Below are positions 39,805-50,432 of a stretch of 64,000 bases of DNA, in pieces (positions within the stretch are counted from its first letter, which is position 1; every line of letters begins with the position of its first letter). Where the stretch lies: contig UQGM01000001.1 of the NCBI GenBank assembly GCA_900540535.1, positions 30,148 to 94,147 on the forward strand, written 5' to 3'. Origin of the DNA: an uncultured Oscillospiraceae bacterium (GTDB taxonomy: Bacteria; Bacillota; Clostridia; Oscillospirales; Acutalibacteraceae). Both the position numbers and the translations under genes were made by a program. The notes beneath the pieces are model-generated. The model saw only the letters and a program-made list of their open reading frames with translations, made no database searches and was not told the origin of the DNA.

Positions 39805-39844
39805 AAAACCTCCGCTGTGGATATTTCCTTAGCGGAGGTTTTTA
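39805..39844. terminator. Bidirectional terminator between convergent genes (AAACCTCCGCT...AGCGGAGGTTTTT)
   Basis: 11-bp stem with flanking A/T runs on both sides. Confidence 0.7.
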
Positions 39845-39867
39845 CATATGCGATATTCTTTGAAATC

Positions 39868-41244
39868 TTAAAGTTTAATGATTCCGAATGTGTTAAGAAC
39901 AGAGCTTACAAGAACAGCAATAACAATTGCGGGTCCGAAGTATCTGATAACGATTGTGTAGAGCTTAGCGGGCTTGAAGGGAGATGACTTGCGAACTTCG
40001 TCGATAATTGCCTTGGGAGTAATGAAGTAGCCGACGATGATGCAGGTAAGAAGTGCGCCAACAGGCATAAGAACTGCATTTGTGATGAAGTCCATGAAGT
40101 CAAGGATATCAAGGCCGATAATCTTAACATTGCTAAGTGCGCTGTATCCCAGTGAGGGAAGGAAGCTAATGAGAATTGCACATGCGCTTGCAATGAATGT
40201 TGAAAGCTTACGGTTGATTTTAAGCTGGTCGGAAATTGTTGAAACAACTGCCTCCATAAGGGAGATAGCGGAGGTGATAGCTGCAAAGAAAACCAGCAGG
40301 AAGAATACGGCGCCGAAAACTGTTGTTACAACTGAGCTGCCGAATCCCTCGAAGATCTGGGGAAGAACACCGAACATGAGTCCGGGGCCTGCATTCATGG
40401 TTTCAGCATGACCGCCGCTGAATACGTAGAAAGAGGGAACAATGATGAAGCCTGCAATTATTGCAACGATTGTATCGAAAAGAGCAATGTTTACAGCTGA
40501 CTTCTCGATGTTTTCATCATTCTTAACATATGAGCCGAAAGTGATCATGATGCCCATTGCAAGGGACATTGAGTAGAACATCTGACCCATAGCAGCAAGA
40601 AGAAGATTCATTGAGAACTTGCTGAAATCGGGTTTAAAGTAGAATGCGATACCCTCAAGTGCACCGGGACGGGTTGCGGAATAAACAGCAAGACCGATAA
40701 GCATGAGGAAAAGCAACGGCATAATGATTTTGCTTGCTTTTTCAATACCCTTTTCAACGCCGAAGATAACAACGGCAGTTGTGAGAAGAATGAAGATAAC
40801 CTGCCATACAAGAGGCTCTGCTCCGCTGCTGATGAATCCGCCGAAGAAGTTGGAGTCAGCAAGAGCGGTGTGCTGATTGCCTATGTATGAAGCAAAGTAC
40901 TTCATAACCCAGCCGCCGATAACGCTGTAATAGGGGAGAATGAAGAAAGCGACAAAGGAAGCTATAACGCCGACGAATTTAAATTTTTTGCCGAGTTTTG
41001 CATAAGCTCCTATGGGGCTAAGACCTGTTTTACGTCCGATAGCGATTTCAGTGATCATAAGGAATACACCGAATGTGATTACAAGAGCAACATATACAAG
41101 AAGGAAAATACCTCCGCCGTATTTAGCTGCAAGATAGGGGAAACGCCAGATGTTACCAAGACCTACGGCAGAACCGGCAGCGGCAAGAACAAAGCCAATA
41201 CCTGAACCCCACTGGCCTCTGAATTTTTTTTCAGTTTTTTCCAT
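39868..41244 (-). CDS. Sodium-dependent transporter, NSS (SNF) family
   Basis: N-terminal WGSGIGFVLAAAGSAVGLGNIWRFPY is the NSS TM1 signature. About 12 TMs. Confidence 0.85.
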   Translation of the reverse strand: MEKTEKKFRGQWGSGIGFVLAAAGSAVGLGNIWRFPYLAAKYGGGIFLLVYVALVITFGVFLMITEIAIGRKTGLSPIGAYAKLGKKFKFVGVIASFVAFFILPYYSVIGGWVMKYFASYIGNQHTALADSNFFGGFISSGAEPLVWQVIFILLTTAVVIFGVEKGIEKASKIIMPLLFLMLIGLAVYSATRPGALEGIAFYFKPDFSKFSMNLLLAAMGQMFYSMSLAMGIMITFGSYVKNDENIEKSAVNIALFDTIVAIIAGFIIVPSFYVFSGGHAETMNAGPGLMFGVLPQIFEGFGSSVVTTVFGAVFFLLVFFAAITSAISLMEAVVSTISDQLKINRKLSTFIASACAILISFLPSLGYSALSNVKIIGLDILDFMDFITNAVLMPVGALLTCIIVGYFITPKAIIDEVRKSSPFKPAKLYTIVIRYFGPAIVIAVLVSSVLNTFGIIKL

Positions 41245-41749
41245 TTTTACCCTCCTCGAAGGTTTTATTTTTAAATAAATAATTAATGAAATTTTACAAA
41301 ATTTTTAAGCCGATGTCAATATATTCCGTTTTTTATTTATCATTTTAGCTATTACTTTAAAAACTTAAGATTAAATCTATACAAAAAGTCGAAAAAAGCT
41401 CTTTTTTTACAAGTCACAGGTGATAAAAAGTGCAAAAAACTAATTTTCTTGTAAAGAATTTATAAAAAAGTATTCGTTAAAGCTTATAACTATTTACAAT
41501 ATCACTTATGTAATGGTATAATTATACAATAATGAGTATTTGCTCACTGAAATTTTACGTGGAATTTATTTATGATAAATAAAAACGTAATTTTCACGGA
41601 AGATTTATTTATGATGATTCATCCGCAAAGGCAAGTTGACTGATATTTTTACTTTTTGTACTTAAAGTGAGATGCTCATATATATAAATAGTATAGGAAT
41701 TCAGTACGATGAAATCGATTTAAATAATAAAGTAAAACGGAGGAAAAAA

Positions 41750-44194
41750 ATGAAACATCAAAGCATTATTGAAAAACTTACTCTTGAAGAAAAAGCTAAA
41801 CTTTGCTCAGGTAAAGATTACTGGCATTTCAACGGAGTAGAAAGACTCGGTATCGAACCCATTATGGTAACTGACGGACCTCACGGTCTGCGCAAACAGG
41901 ATCCTAACGGAAAGAAAAAGGGATTGAGCAATTCAATTCCTGCAACCTGCTTTCCCACAGCAGCAGCTACTTCCTGTTCATGGAATACCGACCTTATCTA
42001 CAAAATGGGTGAGGCTCTCGGTGATGAGTGCAGAAAGGAAAAAGTTTCTGTTCTTTTAGGACCCGGCGTCAATATGAAACGCTCTCCTCTTTGCGGACGT
42101 AACTTTGAGTATTTTTCTGAAGATCCTTATCTTGCAGGTAAGCTTGCAGCTTCCTTTATCAACGGTGTACAGTCTAAAGGTATTGGTACATCAATTAAAC
42201 ACTTTGCTGCAAACAGCCAGGAAGCCAGAAGAATGGTTATTGATGAGGTTGTCGATGAGCGTGCTTTAAGAGAGATTTATCTTACCGCTTTTGAAATTGC
42301 AGTTAAAGAGTCCCAGCCTTGGACTGTTATGAATGCTTATAACAAGATTAACGGTACATATTGTTCAGAAAATGAATGGCTTCAGCAAAAAGTTCTCCGT
42401 GATGAATGGGGATTTGAAGGCCTTATCGTTACAGACTGGGGCGCATCTGTTGACAGAGTTAAGGGTGTAAAATACGGAACAGATGTTGAAATGCCTTCTT
42501 CAGGTGAACTTAATGCAAAGAGAATCGCAGAAGCAGTTAAAAACGGAACACTTGATGAAAGCGATCTTGATGCAAGAGTTGATAACATAATCGAAATTCT
42601 TCTTCGTTCAGCTGAAACACTTAAAGAGGAGCATACCTGTGATATGGAGGCAAATCATAAAATTGCCCGTCAGATTGCAAGCGAAAGTGCAGTGCTTCTT
42701 AAAAACGAGGATAATATTCTTCCTGTTGACAAGTCAAAGAAAATCGCAGTAATCGGTGAAATGGCAGAAAAGCCTCGTTACCAGGGTGCGGGAAGTTCAC
42801 TTATCAATCCTACAAAGCTTGATAATGCACTTGATTGTCTCAAAGAGGCAGGATATACAGTTATTTATGCAAGAGGATACGACAAATCAAGGGATGAAAT
42901 CAGTGAGGAGCTTACAGCCGAGGCTGTTGCAGCAGCAAAGCAGGCTGATACAGTTCTTGTATTTGCCGGTCTTACAGAGGATTTCGAAAGCGAAGGCTAC
43001 GATAGAACTCATATGGGAATGCCTAAGAGCCACAATGCTATTATTGAAGCAGTTGCAGCGGCAAATTCTGAGACAGCAGTTGTACTCAGCGGCGGTTCAT
43101 GCGTTGAAATGCCCTGGCTCGATAAAGTTAAGGCTGTTCTCAACGGTTCTCTTGGCGGACAGGCAGGTGCAGGCGCAATTGCTGACATTATAAGCGGCGC
43201 TGTTAATCCGTCAGGTAAGCTCAGCGAAACCTATCCTCTTTCACTTGAAGATAATCCCACTTACGGCAACTATCCCGGAGGAAGAGTTCTTGCAGAACAC
43301 AAAGAGAGCGTTTACATCGGATACAGATATTACGATACAGCTAAAAAGCCTGTTATGTTCCCCTTCGGATACGGTTTGTCATATACTTCATTCCAGTATT
43401 CCGACCTTAAGCTCAGCAGCAAAAAGCTTAACGACGGCGACGAGCTTACAGTAACTTTCAAAATTAAGAATACAGGTTCTGCTGACGGAGCCGAAATCGC
43501 TCAGGTTTATGTAAAGGATGTTGAGAGCACAATTTTCCGTCCGGAGAAAGAGCTTAAAGGCTTTACAAAGGTATTCCTTAAGGCCGGAGAGGAAAAGGAA
43601 GTTTCCATTACTCTTGACAGACGTGCATTTGCTTTCTACAACGTAAAGGTACAGGATTGGACAGTAGAGAGCGGAGACTTTGAAATTCTTGTAGGCGCTT
43701 CAAGTGCAGACATCAGACTTTCCGATAAGGTCAGCGTAAAGGCAGAAGAAGTTGAAATTCCGGATTACAGAGAATCTGCACCGGCTTACTATGCTGCTGA
43801 TATTGCTGCCATTGATGACAGCCAGTTTGAAGCAGTTCTCGGCAGACCTATTCCTGCCAGAGAGAGGGACAAGAGCCAGAAGCTTACAATTTATAATAAC
43901 CTTGAAGATGCTGAGCATACAAAGTGGGGCGGAAAGATAAACAGACTTATAAAGAAAGGTTTCGCTCTTGCTACAAAGGATGACGGCTATAACGGTGGTA
44001 TGATGGAAGCAATGGCAACTCAGATTCCGATCAGAAACTTCATTCAAATGAGCATGGGTGTTTTCTCTGAAGATATGGCAGATGGAATGCTCATGATGAT
44101 TAACGATGAGGGCGCCGGAAAGGGATTTGCAAAAATACTCGGCGGACTCCCGAAAGCTCTCAAGAATCTCAAGCACCTTCTCAATTCTATCTGA
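41750..44194 (+). CDS. GH3-family beta-glucosidase (BglX-like)
   Basis: N-terminal LTLEEKAKLCSG. GH3 motifs. Central alpha/beta sandwich and FnIII-like C-terminus. True start MKHQS at 41750 with ACGGAGG RBS. Confidence 0.85.
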   Translation: MKHQSIIEKLTLEEKAKLCSGKDYWHFNGVERLGIEPIMVTDGPHGLRKQDPNGKKKGLSNSIPATCFPTAAATSCSWNTDLIYKMGEALGDECRKEKVSVLLGPGVNMKRSPLCGRNFEYFSEDPYLAGKLAASFINGVQSKGIGTSIKHFAANSQEARRMVIDEVVDERALREIYLTAFEIAVKESQPWTVMNAYNKINGTYCSENEWLQQKVLRDEWGFEGLIVTDWGASVDRVKGVKYGTDVEMPSSGELNAKRIAEAVKNGTLDESDLDARVDNIIEILLRSAETLKEEHTCDMEANHKIARQIASESAVLLKNEDNILPVDKSKKIAVIGEMAEKPRYQGAGSSLINPTKLDNALDCLKEAGYTVIYARGYDKSRDEISEELTAEAVAAAKQADTVLVFAGLTEDFESEGYDRTHMGMPKSHNAIIEAVAAANSETAVVLSGGSCVEMPWLDKVKAVLNGSLGGQAGAGAIADIISGAVNPSGKLSETYPLSLEDNPTYGNYPGGRVLAEHKESVYIGYRYYDTAKKPVMFPFGYGLSYTSFQYSDLKLSSKKLNDGDELTVTFKIKNTGSADGAEIAQVYVKDVESTIFRPEKELKGFTKVFLKAGEEKEVSITLDRRAFAFYNVKVQDWTVESGDFEILVGASSADIRLSDKVSVKAEEVEIPDYRESAPAYYAADIAAIDDSQFEAVLGRPIPARERDKSQKLTIYNNLEDAEHTKWGGKINRLIKKGFALATKDDGYNGGMMEAMATQIPIRNFIQMSMGVFSEDMADGMLMMINDEGAGKGFAKILGGLPKALKNLKHLLNSI

Positions 44195-44251
44195 TGATTT
44201 GGGAAAGAAGTTCTGAGCAGAAAAGATTAATAAAGCGAATAATATAAATAG

Positions 44252-44291
44252 AAACCTGCGGATAGGGTAGACCTGTTCGCAGGTTTTTTGC
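44252..44291 (+). terminator. Rho-independent terminator after the GH3 gene
   Basis: AACCTGCG...CGCAGGTT followed by TTTTTG. Confidence 0.65.
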
Positions 44292-44324
44292 TTGTACAAT
44301 AAAAGAATTAACAAGGGTGTAGGA

Positions 44325-45045
44325 GACGATATTTAATGTTAGCTGCGATTTGGTGTGCGGCTTCTTACCCGAACTCTGATAAATGAACAAGTTTTAACGC
44401 AGGCACTTATACTTTAGTGCGCCGTATCTTGGTGTGCGAATTAAATCAGGCTTAGCCTGTGCCGCTCATGCTGCGGTGGAGCACATACTTTTGTCCATAG
44501 CGACAAAAGTAGGCAAAAGCGCATTTGCGGCGGAGTTCCGCCGCCTTGTCAAAACAGAAAGCACTAATCAGCGCAAAGTAAATTTTCTCCCATACGTCCT
44601 CCGACGGCAGCCCCAAAGGTTTTATGCTGTCACCGTCAAACAGTAAACGTTTTACTATTTTCTATATTCTTTCTCTTGCCGTCGGTTAGGCACGGTAAGC
44701 GTTTACAAATTCACGTCGGCAGTTTTAACAGTTTTAATTTATCACCGTCATACTGTAAACGTTTTACTACTTTCCATATTTTTTCCTTTGCCGACGTGGG
44801 CGGCGGACACGTCCGCTTTCATTTCGCACACAAAAATACAGCGTTAGGAAAATATAAGTGCCTGCGATGAGGGTTTATTTTAGACGCAGGAATATATAAT
44901 TGTTTATTGCAGTCAGTTAGTGTGCGAATTGCCTGCAAACTCAGCTTGCCCGCAGGCACTTATAGTTGTTTTTACCCGTCAGTTCGTGTGCGGCTTACGT
45001 GCAGGTTTAACCTGCTGCTGCTGACTTGTATTTATGTCAATATTG
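44325..45045 (-). repeat. Copy R4 of the modular repeat family (body in reverse orientation with forward A/B modules at the right end)
   Basis: Reverse complements of the end motif (GCTTCTTACCCGAACTCTGATAAATGA), of the GGCGGCGGAACTCCGCCGCC hairpin, and of the long stem-loops. Forward GCGGACACGTCCGC...AAGTGCCTGCGATG. GCAGGTTTAACCTGC. Confidence 0.85.
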
Positions 45046-45053
45046 CCTTATAA
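45026..45053 (+). promoter_or_regulatory. Candidate promoter TTGTAT-16-TATAAT upstream of mnmE
   Basis: Hexamers seen directly about 30 nt upstream of the mnmE start. Confidence 0.35.
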
Positions 45054-45081
45054 TATAATAATATTTAAATGAAAGGAGCTT

Positions 45082-46452
45082 TTGCAAATGTCCTCAACAA
45101 TTGCCGCAATCGCAACACCTCTTGCCGCAGGAGGAATAGGTATAATACGAATTTCCGGAGAAAATGCGCTGAATATCGCCGATAAGGTATTTCGCTGCAA
45201 ATCCGGGAAAAAACTTTGCGACGCAAAGGGGTATACTGCTCACTACGGAAGAGCCTTTGATGAAAACGGCGATATTGATGAGGCAATTGCAATAGTTTAT
45301 CGTGCTCCTAAAAGCTACACCGGAGAAGACATTGCAGAAATCTCCTGCCATGGCGGACTTTTAGTGGTACAGAGAGTTTTAAGGAGCGTTTTTGCTGCCG
45401 GTGCCTCTGCCGCAGGTCCGGGAGAATTTACAAAACGTGCTTTCCTCAACGGAAAAATCGATCTTGCCGAAGCAGAGGGCGTAATGGATATAATCAACGC
45501 CGGAAGCGAGCAGGCCGCAAACGCTGCACTTAATCTCCGTGACGGAGCCCTCAGCCGTGAAGCGGACGATATATGTCAGAATCTTATTTCTGCTTCCGCA
45601 CATATTGCGGCATGGGTGGATTATCCGGAGGATGACGTGCCGGAGCTGAATTATGATGTACTTGCCGAAACTCTCAGACAGTGCAGCGACAGAATCGAAA
45701 AGCTCATAAGCCGTTACGACAGCGGCAAAGCTGTGACGGAAGGCGTTTCCGCCGTAATCGTGGGAAAACCCAATGCAGGAAAGTCAACTCTTATGAATGC
45801 TTTGGCGGGAGTGCAGAAATCCATAGTTACCCCCGTTGCGGGAACAACCCGTGATGTGGTGGAGGAGACTGTGCGACTCGGAAATGTGGTGCTGCGTCTT
45901 GCCGATACCGCAGGAATCAGAGAAACAGGGGATATAGTTGAGAGTATCGGCGTCGATATGGCAAAACAGCGGCTTCAAAGAGCGGAAATAGTTTTTGCAG
46001 TTTTTGATTTGTCCGATGCCTTTACTCATGAGGATGAAGAGCTTTGCAGAATATGTGAAAGCAAAAAGTCCGTTGCAATTCTCAATAAAAGCGACCTTGA
46101 CGCCGTGATGGATATTTCTCAAATAGAAAAATATTTTTCCGAAACAGTAACCATCAGCGCCGAAAGCGGAGATAACCTTGACGCTCTCGAAAAGGCAGTG
46201 GAGCGGGTTCTCGGAACTGCCGAATTTGATTCATCAGCACCAATGGCAGCAAGCGAAAGACAGAGGGACTGCTGCCGCCGAGCTCTCCGGTATATAAACG
46301 AGGGAGTGGAGGGACTGAACTCAGGAGTTACTCTCGATGCTGTAAATGTCCTTACGGACTGCGCCATAGACGCTCTCTTAGAGCTTACCGGTAAAAAAGC
46401 CGGTGAGGAAGTTATAAACGAAGTATTTTCACGTTTCTGCGTAGGTAAATAA
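45082..46452 (+). CDS. mnmE: tRNA modification GTPase MnmE
   Basis: N-terminal TIAAIATPLAAGGIGIIRISG. G-domain GKPNAGKSTL and DTAG. C-terminal CVGK. Confidence 0.95.
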   Translation: MQMSSTIAAIATPLAAGGIGIIRISGENALNIADKVFRCKSGKKLCDAKGYTAHYGRAFDENGDIDEAIAIVYRAPKSYTGEDIAEISCHGGLLVVQRVLRSVFAAGASAAGPGEFTKRAFLNGKIDLAEAEGVMDIINAGSEQAANAALNLRDGALSREADDICQNLISASAHIAAWVDYPEDDVPELNYDVLAETLRQCSDRIEKLISRYDSGKAVTEGVSAVIVGKPNAGKSTLMNALAGVQKSIVTPVAGTTRDVVEETVRLGNVVLRLADTAGIRETGDIVESIGVDMAKQRLQRAEIVFAVFDLSDAFTHEDEELCRICESKKSVAILNKSDLDAVMDISQIEKYFSETVTISAESGDNLDALEKAVERVLGTAEFDSSAPMAASERQRDCCRRALRYINEGVEGLNSGVTLDAVNVLTDCAIDALLELTGKKAGEEVINEVFSRFCVGK

Positions 46453-46560
46453 TTTTTTTACAGAGTGTAGCGGCTATTTAAGGGCGCTGAAGCATATGAA
46501 ATCAAACCGCAAAATGCAATTTGCGTATACTATTATATATTATATAGGCTGTGAGGTTTT

Positions 46561-48429
46561 ATGAGTTATTTTGCTAAGGAATTTGACGCCGTAGTTATCG
46601 GCGCAGGTCACGGAGGCATAGAAGCTGCCCTTGCCTGTGCGAGACTGGGCTGTCAGACGGGAATTTTTACAATCAATATCGACTGGGTGGGCAATATGCC
46701 CTGTAATCCGTCAATCGGCGGAACATCAAAAGGACACCTTGTCCGTGAAATTGACGCATTGGGCGGAGAAATGGGAAAGGCGGCAGATGCCAATCTGCTC
46801 CAAAGCCGTATGCTCAATTTGGGAAAGGGTCCTGCTGTCCACAGTCTCCGTGCTCAGATTGACAGACGTAAATATGCTGCATACATGAAGCGCACTTTGG
46901 AGAAACAGGAAAATCTCGAACTGCGTCAGGCTGAAATTATCGACCTTTGGCAGGATGAAAACAAACTGTGGCATCTTGTAACGGCTCTGGGCGCTGAGTA
47001 TACAGCAAAAGCTGTTATCCTTGCCACGGGAACTTTCCTCGGAGGAAGAATTTACGTAGGCGATGTGTCCTATGAAAGCGGACCTGACGGAATGTTCCCT
47101 GCAACACGTCTTTCGGAAGCTCTCAAAAAGCTGGGCGTGCCTCTTCGCCGCTTCAAAACGGGAACTCCGTCGAGAGTTAACAGAAACAGCATTGATTTTT
47201 CAAACCTGGAACCCCAGGCAGGGGATGAGCGCATAGTCCCCTTTTCCTTTGACGATGACGCATCACAGCTTAAAAATACTGAGGTATGCTATGTAACCTA
47301 TACAAATCAGGAGACAAAGCGTATCATAACAGAAAATCTCCACCGTTCTCCGCTGTATGGTGGAAAAATAGAGGGCGTAGGTCCCAGATATTGTCCCAGC
47401 ATTGAGGATAAGATAGTCAGGTTTGCGGAAAAGGAACGTCACCAGATATTTATCGAGCCCTGCGGAGGGGATACGGACGAAATGTACCTTCAGGGACTTT
47501 CTTCCTCACTGCCCGAAGATGTACAGCTCAGTTTCCTCAAGACAATTCCGGGACTTGAGCACTGTCAGGTTATGAGAACGGCATACGCCATTGAGTACGA
47601 CTGCGTTGACCCTCTGGCACTTGCTCCAACCCTTGAATTTTTGGATTTGCCGGGACTTTTCGGTGCAGGACAGTTTAACGGTTCCAGCGGATACGAGGAA
47701 GCAGCGGCTCAGGGACTTGTAGCGGGAATAAATGCTGCAAGGCTTATAAAAGGGGAGAGTCCCTTTATCCTTGACCGTGCCAGCTCATATATCGGAACTT
47801 TAATTGATGATCTTGTCACAAAGGGATGCTCAGATCCGTACAGAATGATGACCTCACGTTCAGAGTACCGTCTCATCCTCCGTCAGGATAACGCTGACCT
47901 GCGTCTGACTCCTATGGGATACGAAATCGGACTTATAAGCGAAGAGCGAATGAAGAAATTCCTTCATAAGAAAGAGCTTATTGCTGAGGAACGTAAAAGA
48001 GCAGAAAAGCTTTCTGTTCCCATGTCTGAGGAACTTGATAAGCTCCTTGTATCTCTCGGAACAGCTCCTCTTAAAACAGGAGTAAAGTTTGCAGAGCTTT
48101 TAAAGCGTCCGCAGCTTACATATGAAAATTTAGCGCCCTTTGATAAAAATCGTCCCGATCTGTCCTATGAGATTTTCGAGCAGGTTGAGATTGAAATAAA
48201 GTATGAGGGATATATAAAGCGTCAGCAGGCGCAGATTGATGAAATGCGCCGTCTTGAAAAGAAGCTTATACCGGCGGATATGGATTACCGTGAAATCAGC
48301 GGACTTCGCCTTGAAGCTGCGGAGAAGCTTGCGAAAATCCGTCCTGCCAGCATAGGACAGGCTTCGAGAATATCGGGAGTAAGCCCTGCGGATATTTCCG
48401 TTTTGCTTATTCACCTTGCAAGGGGATGA
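46561..48429 (+). CDS. mnmG: tRNA uridine 5-carboxymethylaminomethyl modification enzyme MnmG (GidA)
   Basis: FAD-binding VIGAGHGGIEAA. 622 aa. Conserved GidA body. Confidence 0.95.
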   Translation: MSYFAKEFDAVVIGAGHGGIEAALACARLGCQTGIFTINIDWVGNMPCNPSIGGTSKGHLVREIDALGGEMGKAADANLLQSRMLNLGKGPAVHSLRAQIDRRKYAAYMKRTLEKQENLELRQAEIIDLWQDENKLWHLVTALGAEYTAKAVILATGTFLGGRIYVGDVSYESGPDGMFPATRLSEALKKLGVPLRRFKTGTPSRVNRNSIDFSNLEPQAGDERIVPFSFDDDASQLKNTEVCYVTYTNQETKRIITENLHRSPLYGGKIEGVGPRYCPSIEDKIVRFAEKERHQIFIEPCGGDTDEMYLQGLSSSLPEDVQLSFLKTIPGLEHCQVMRTAYAIEYDCVDPLALAPTLEFLDLPGLFGAGQFNGSSGYEEAAAQGLVAGINAARLIKGESPFILDRASSYIGTLIDDLVTKGCSDPYRMMTSRSEYRLILRQDNADLRLTPMGYEIGLISEERMKKFLHKKELIAEERKRAEKLSVPMSEELDKLLVSLGTAPLKTGVKFAELLKRPQLTYENLAPFDKNRPDLSYEIFEQVEIEIKYEGYIKRQQAQIDEMRRLEKKLIPADMDYREISGLRLEAAEKLAKIRPASIGQASRISGVSPADISVLLIHLARG

Positions 48430-48433
48430 GAAC

Positions 48434-49150
48434 ATGTATGTTTCACGTGAAACATTAATACAAGAGTGCGGCGAAATCGGAATTGAGCTGAATGAAAAGC
48501 AGCTCAGTGATTTTGAAAAATTCGCCGAAATGGTTGTGGAAACAAATAAGCATTTGAACCTTACGGCGATCACCGACCCTGAGGGAATAGCCGTAAAGCA
48601 TTTTACCGACAGCCTTACGCTCCTTACGGCAATTGATATACCGGAAGGGGCAAAGGTACTGGATGTGGGAACCGGCGGCGGATTCCCGGCAGTGCCCATT
48701 ATGATTGCAAGACGTGATATTGATATGACAATGGTGGATTCCACCGCAAAGCGTCTGAAATTTGTGGATTCGGCAGTGGAAGCCCTTTCCCTTAAGGGAG
48801 TTACCGTTCATTCCAGGGCGGAGGAGCTCGGCAAAAACAAAGCTTACCGTGAAAAGTTTGATTTTGTCACTGCAAGAGCCGTTGCAAATCTCCGTGACCT
48901 TTCGGAATATTGTCTGCCATTTGTAAAACAAGGCGGATTCTTTATAGCCATGAAAGGTCCCCTTGCTTCTGAGGAAATTAAGGACGCACAGAACGCTATC
49001 AAGATACTGGGCGGAGAAATCAAGGAGATAAAAAACATAACTCTTTCCGATGCAGGGGAAAGAAATATGGTTATGATAAAAAAGATATCGCAAACTCCGC
49101 CAAAATATCCACGCCCCTCGGCACAAATCGCAAAGCGACCCCTCGTTTAA
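48434..49150 (+). CDS. rsmG: 16S rRNA (guanine527-N7)-methyltransferase RsmG (GidB)
   Basis: SAM-binding LDVGTGGGFPAVP. Follows mnmG with a small overlap. Start at MYVSRETL assumed. Confidence 0.9.
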   Translation: MYVSRETLIQECGEIGIELNEKQLSDFEKFAEMVVETNKHLNLTAITDPEGIAVKHFTDSLTLLTAIDIPEGAKVLDVGTGGGFPAVPIMIARRDIDMTMVDSTAKRLKFVDSAVEALSLKGVTVHSRAEELGKNKAYREKFDFVTARAVANLRDLSEYCLPFVKQGGFFIAMKGPLASEEIKDAQNAIKILGGEIKEIKNITLSDAGERNMVMIKKISQTPPKYPRPSAQIAKRPLV

Positions 49151-49270
49151 TGTAAATAAGTGTAATTTGCAGCGTTTTTCTGCGATGAGAAAAGCTGGAA
49201 ATCAAATCCCTCCTGTGGTATTCTGTTCTTAGCAAAAGGACAAGCATACATAAATAGGAGGGATTTCCTT

Positions 49271-50113
49271 ATGATGAAATCTCGTAGGAAGTCAAAACAG
49301 ATAAGCGGCGGTCAGCTTCTTATGATACCGCAGGAGAATATATTCCCCAATCCAAATCAGCCAAGAAAGTATTTCGATTATTCCGAGCTTGAGGGACTTG
49401 CCCAGAGCATCAGAGAAAACGGCTTGCTTCAGCCGGTAACGGTGCGTCCCAGAGAGGATTTCGGTTATGAGCTGATTTCCGGAGAGCGCAGACTCAGAGC
49501 GGCAAGAATAATCGGAATGAAAGAAATTCCCTGCGTCATATCGGAGGCCGATACGGAGAAATCCGCAACCTTGGCCCTTATCGAAAACCTGCAAAGACAG
49601 GATTTAAGCTTTTTTGAAGAGGCGAGAGCCATTGAAAACCTGATGAATATCTGCGGATTAAGTCAGGAAGAAATGGCGAAGCGTCTTGGTAAAGCGCAGT
49701 CAACCTTATGCAACAAGCTGCGAATATTAAAGCTTCCCCAGGATGTCTGTGATCTTCTGGAGAAAAACTCCATGAGCGAAAGACACGCAAGGGCGCTTTT
49801 ACAGCTTGAGTCGGCAGATTTACAGCGCCGTGCCGCACAGATAGTGACGGACAAGCGTCTGACCGTTGCCGAAACCGAAAGGCTTGTAGGCCGTATGGTA
49901 AAAAACTCCACGGTTAAACAAAAGCCATCTGTTAAGATATTCAAGGATGTACGTATTTTTGTCAACACCCTCAATCATGCCGTAGATACCATGCGTAAAG
50001 CGGGTATCGAAGCTGATTCGGCAAAAAGCGAAACACCTGAATATATAGAGTATGTGGTAAGGATTCCGAAACAGACCGATGTAGTGGTCAAAACGAAGTC
50101 CAAAACCGCATAA
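49271..50113 (+). CDS. noc: ParB/Noc-family nucleoid-binding protein (Noc-like, second ParB paralog upstream of parAB)
   Basis: ParB box GERRLRAA. HTH region. Position rsmG-noc-parA-parB as in Bacillus. Confidence 0.75.
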   Translation: MMKSRRKSKQISGGQLLMIPQENIFPNPNQPRKYFDYSELEGLAQSIRENGLLQPVTVRPREDFGYELISGERRLRAARIIGMKEIPCVISEADTEKSATLALIENLQRQDLSFFEEARAIENLMNICGLSQEEMAKRLGKAQSTLCNKLRILKLPQDVCDLLEKNSMSERHARALLQLESADLQRRAAQIVTDKRLTVAETERLVGRMVKNSTVKQKPSVKIFKDVRIFVNTLNHAVDTMRKAGIEADSAKSETPEYIEYVVRIPKQTDVVVKTKSKTA

Positions 50114-50174
50114 TCAACCGCCGGGACGGCGGAAACAGTCCACATCTTTCTCTTTCACACCCCATATCCACGGT

Positions 50175-50216
50175 AAAGGGACAGGCAGTTATGTCTGTCC
50201 CTTTGCTGTTTTGTTT
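50175..50216 (+). terminator. Rho-independent terminator after noc
   Basis: AAAGGGACAGGCAG-TTAT-GTCTGTCCCTTT followed by GCTGTTTTGTTT. Confidence 0.75.
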
Positions 50217-50432
50217 ATCCTAATTTTATATGTAAAAAATCTTTTATAATTTTTGATAGCTTGTGTTATGAGGCTTCATGCAAAAATGGATTAAAATATA
50301 GTTTTACAGATACGCTTCTTAAGAGATAAAGTATTTATAGTTTTTTGTTTCAAACATATGAGAGAAGATAGTCCATAAAATATTCTATATTTTACTTGTT
50401 GAGTGTATTTGAAGTGTATAGTAAGTTAAATG

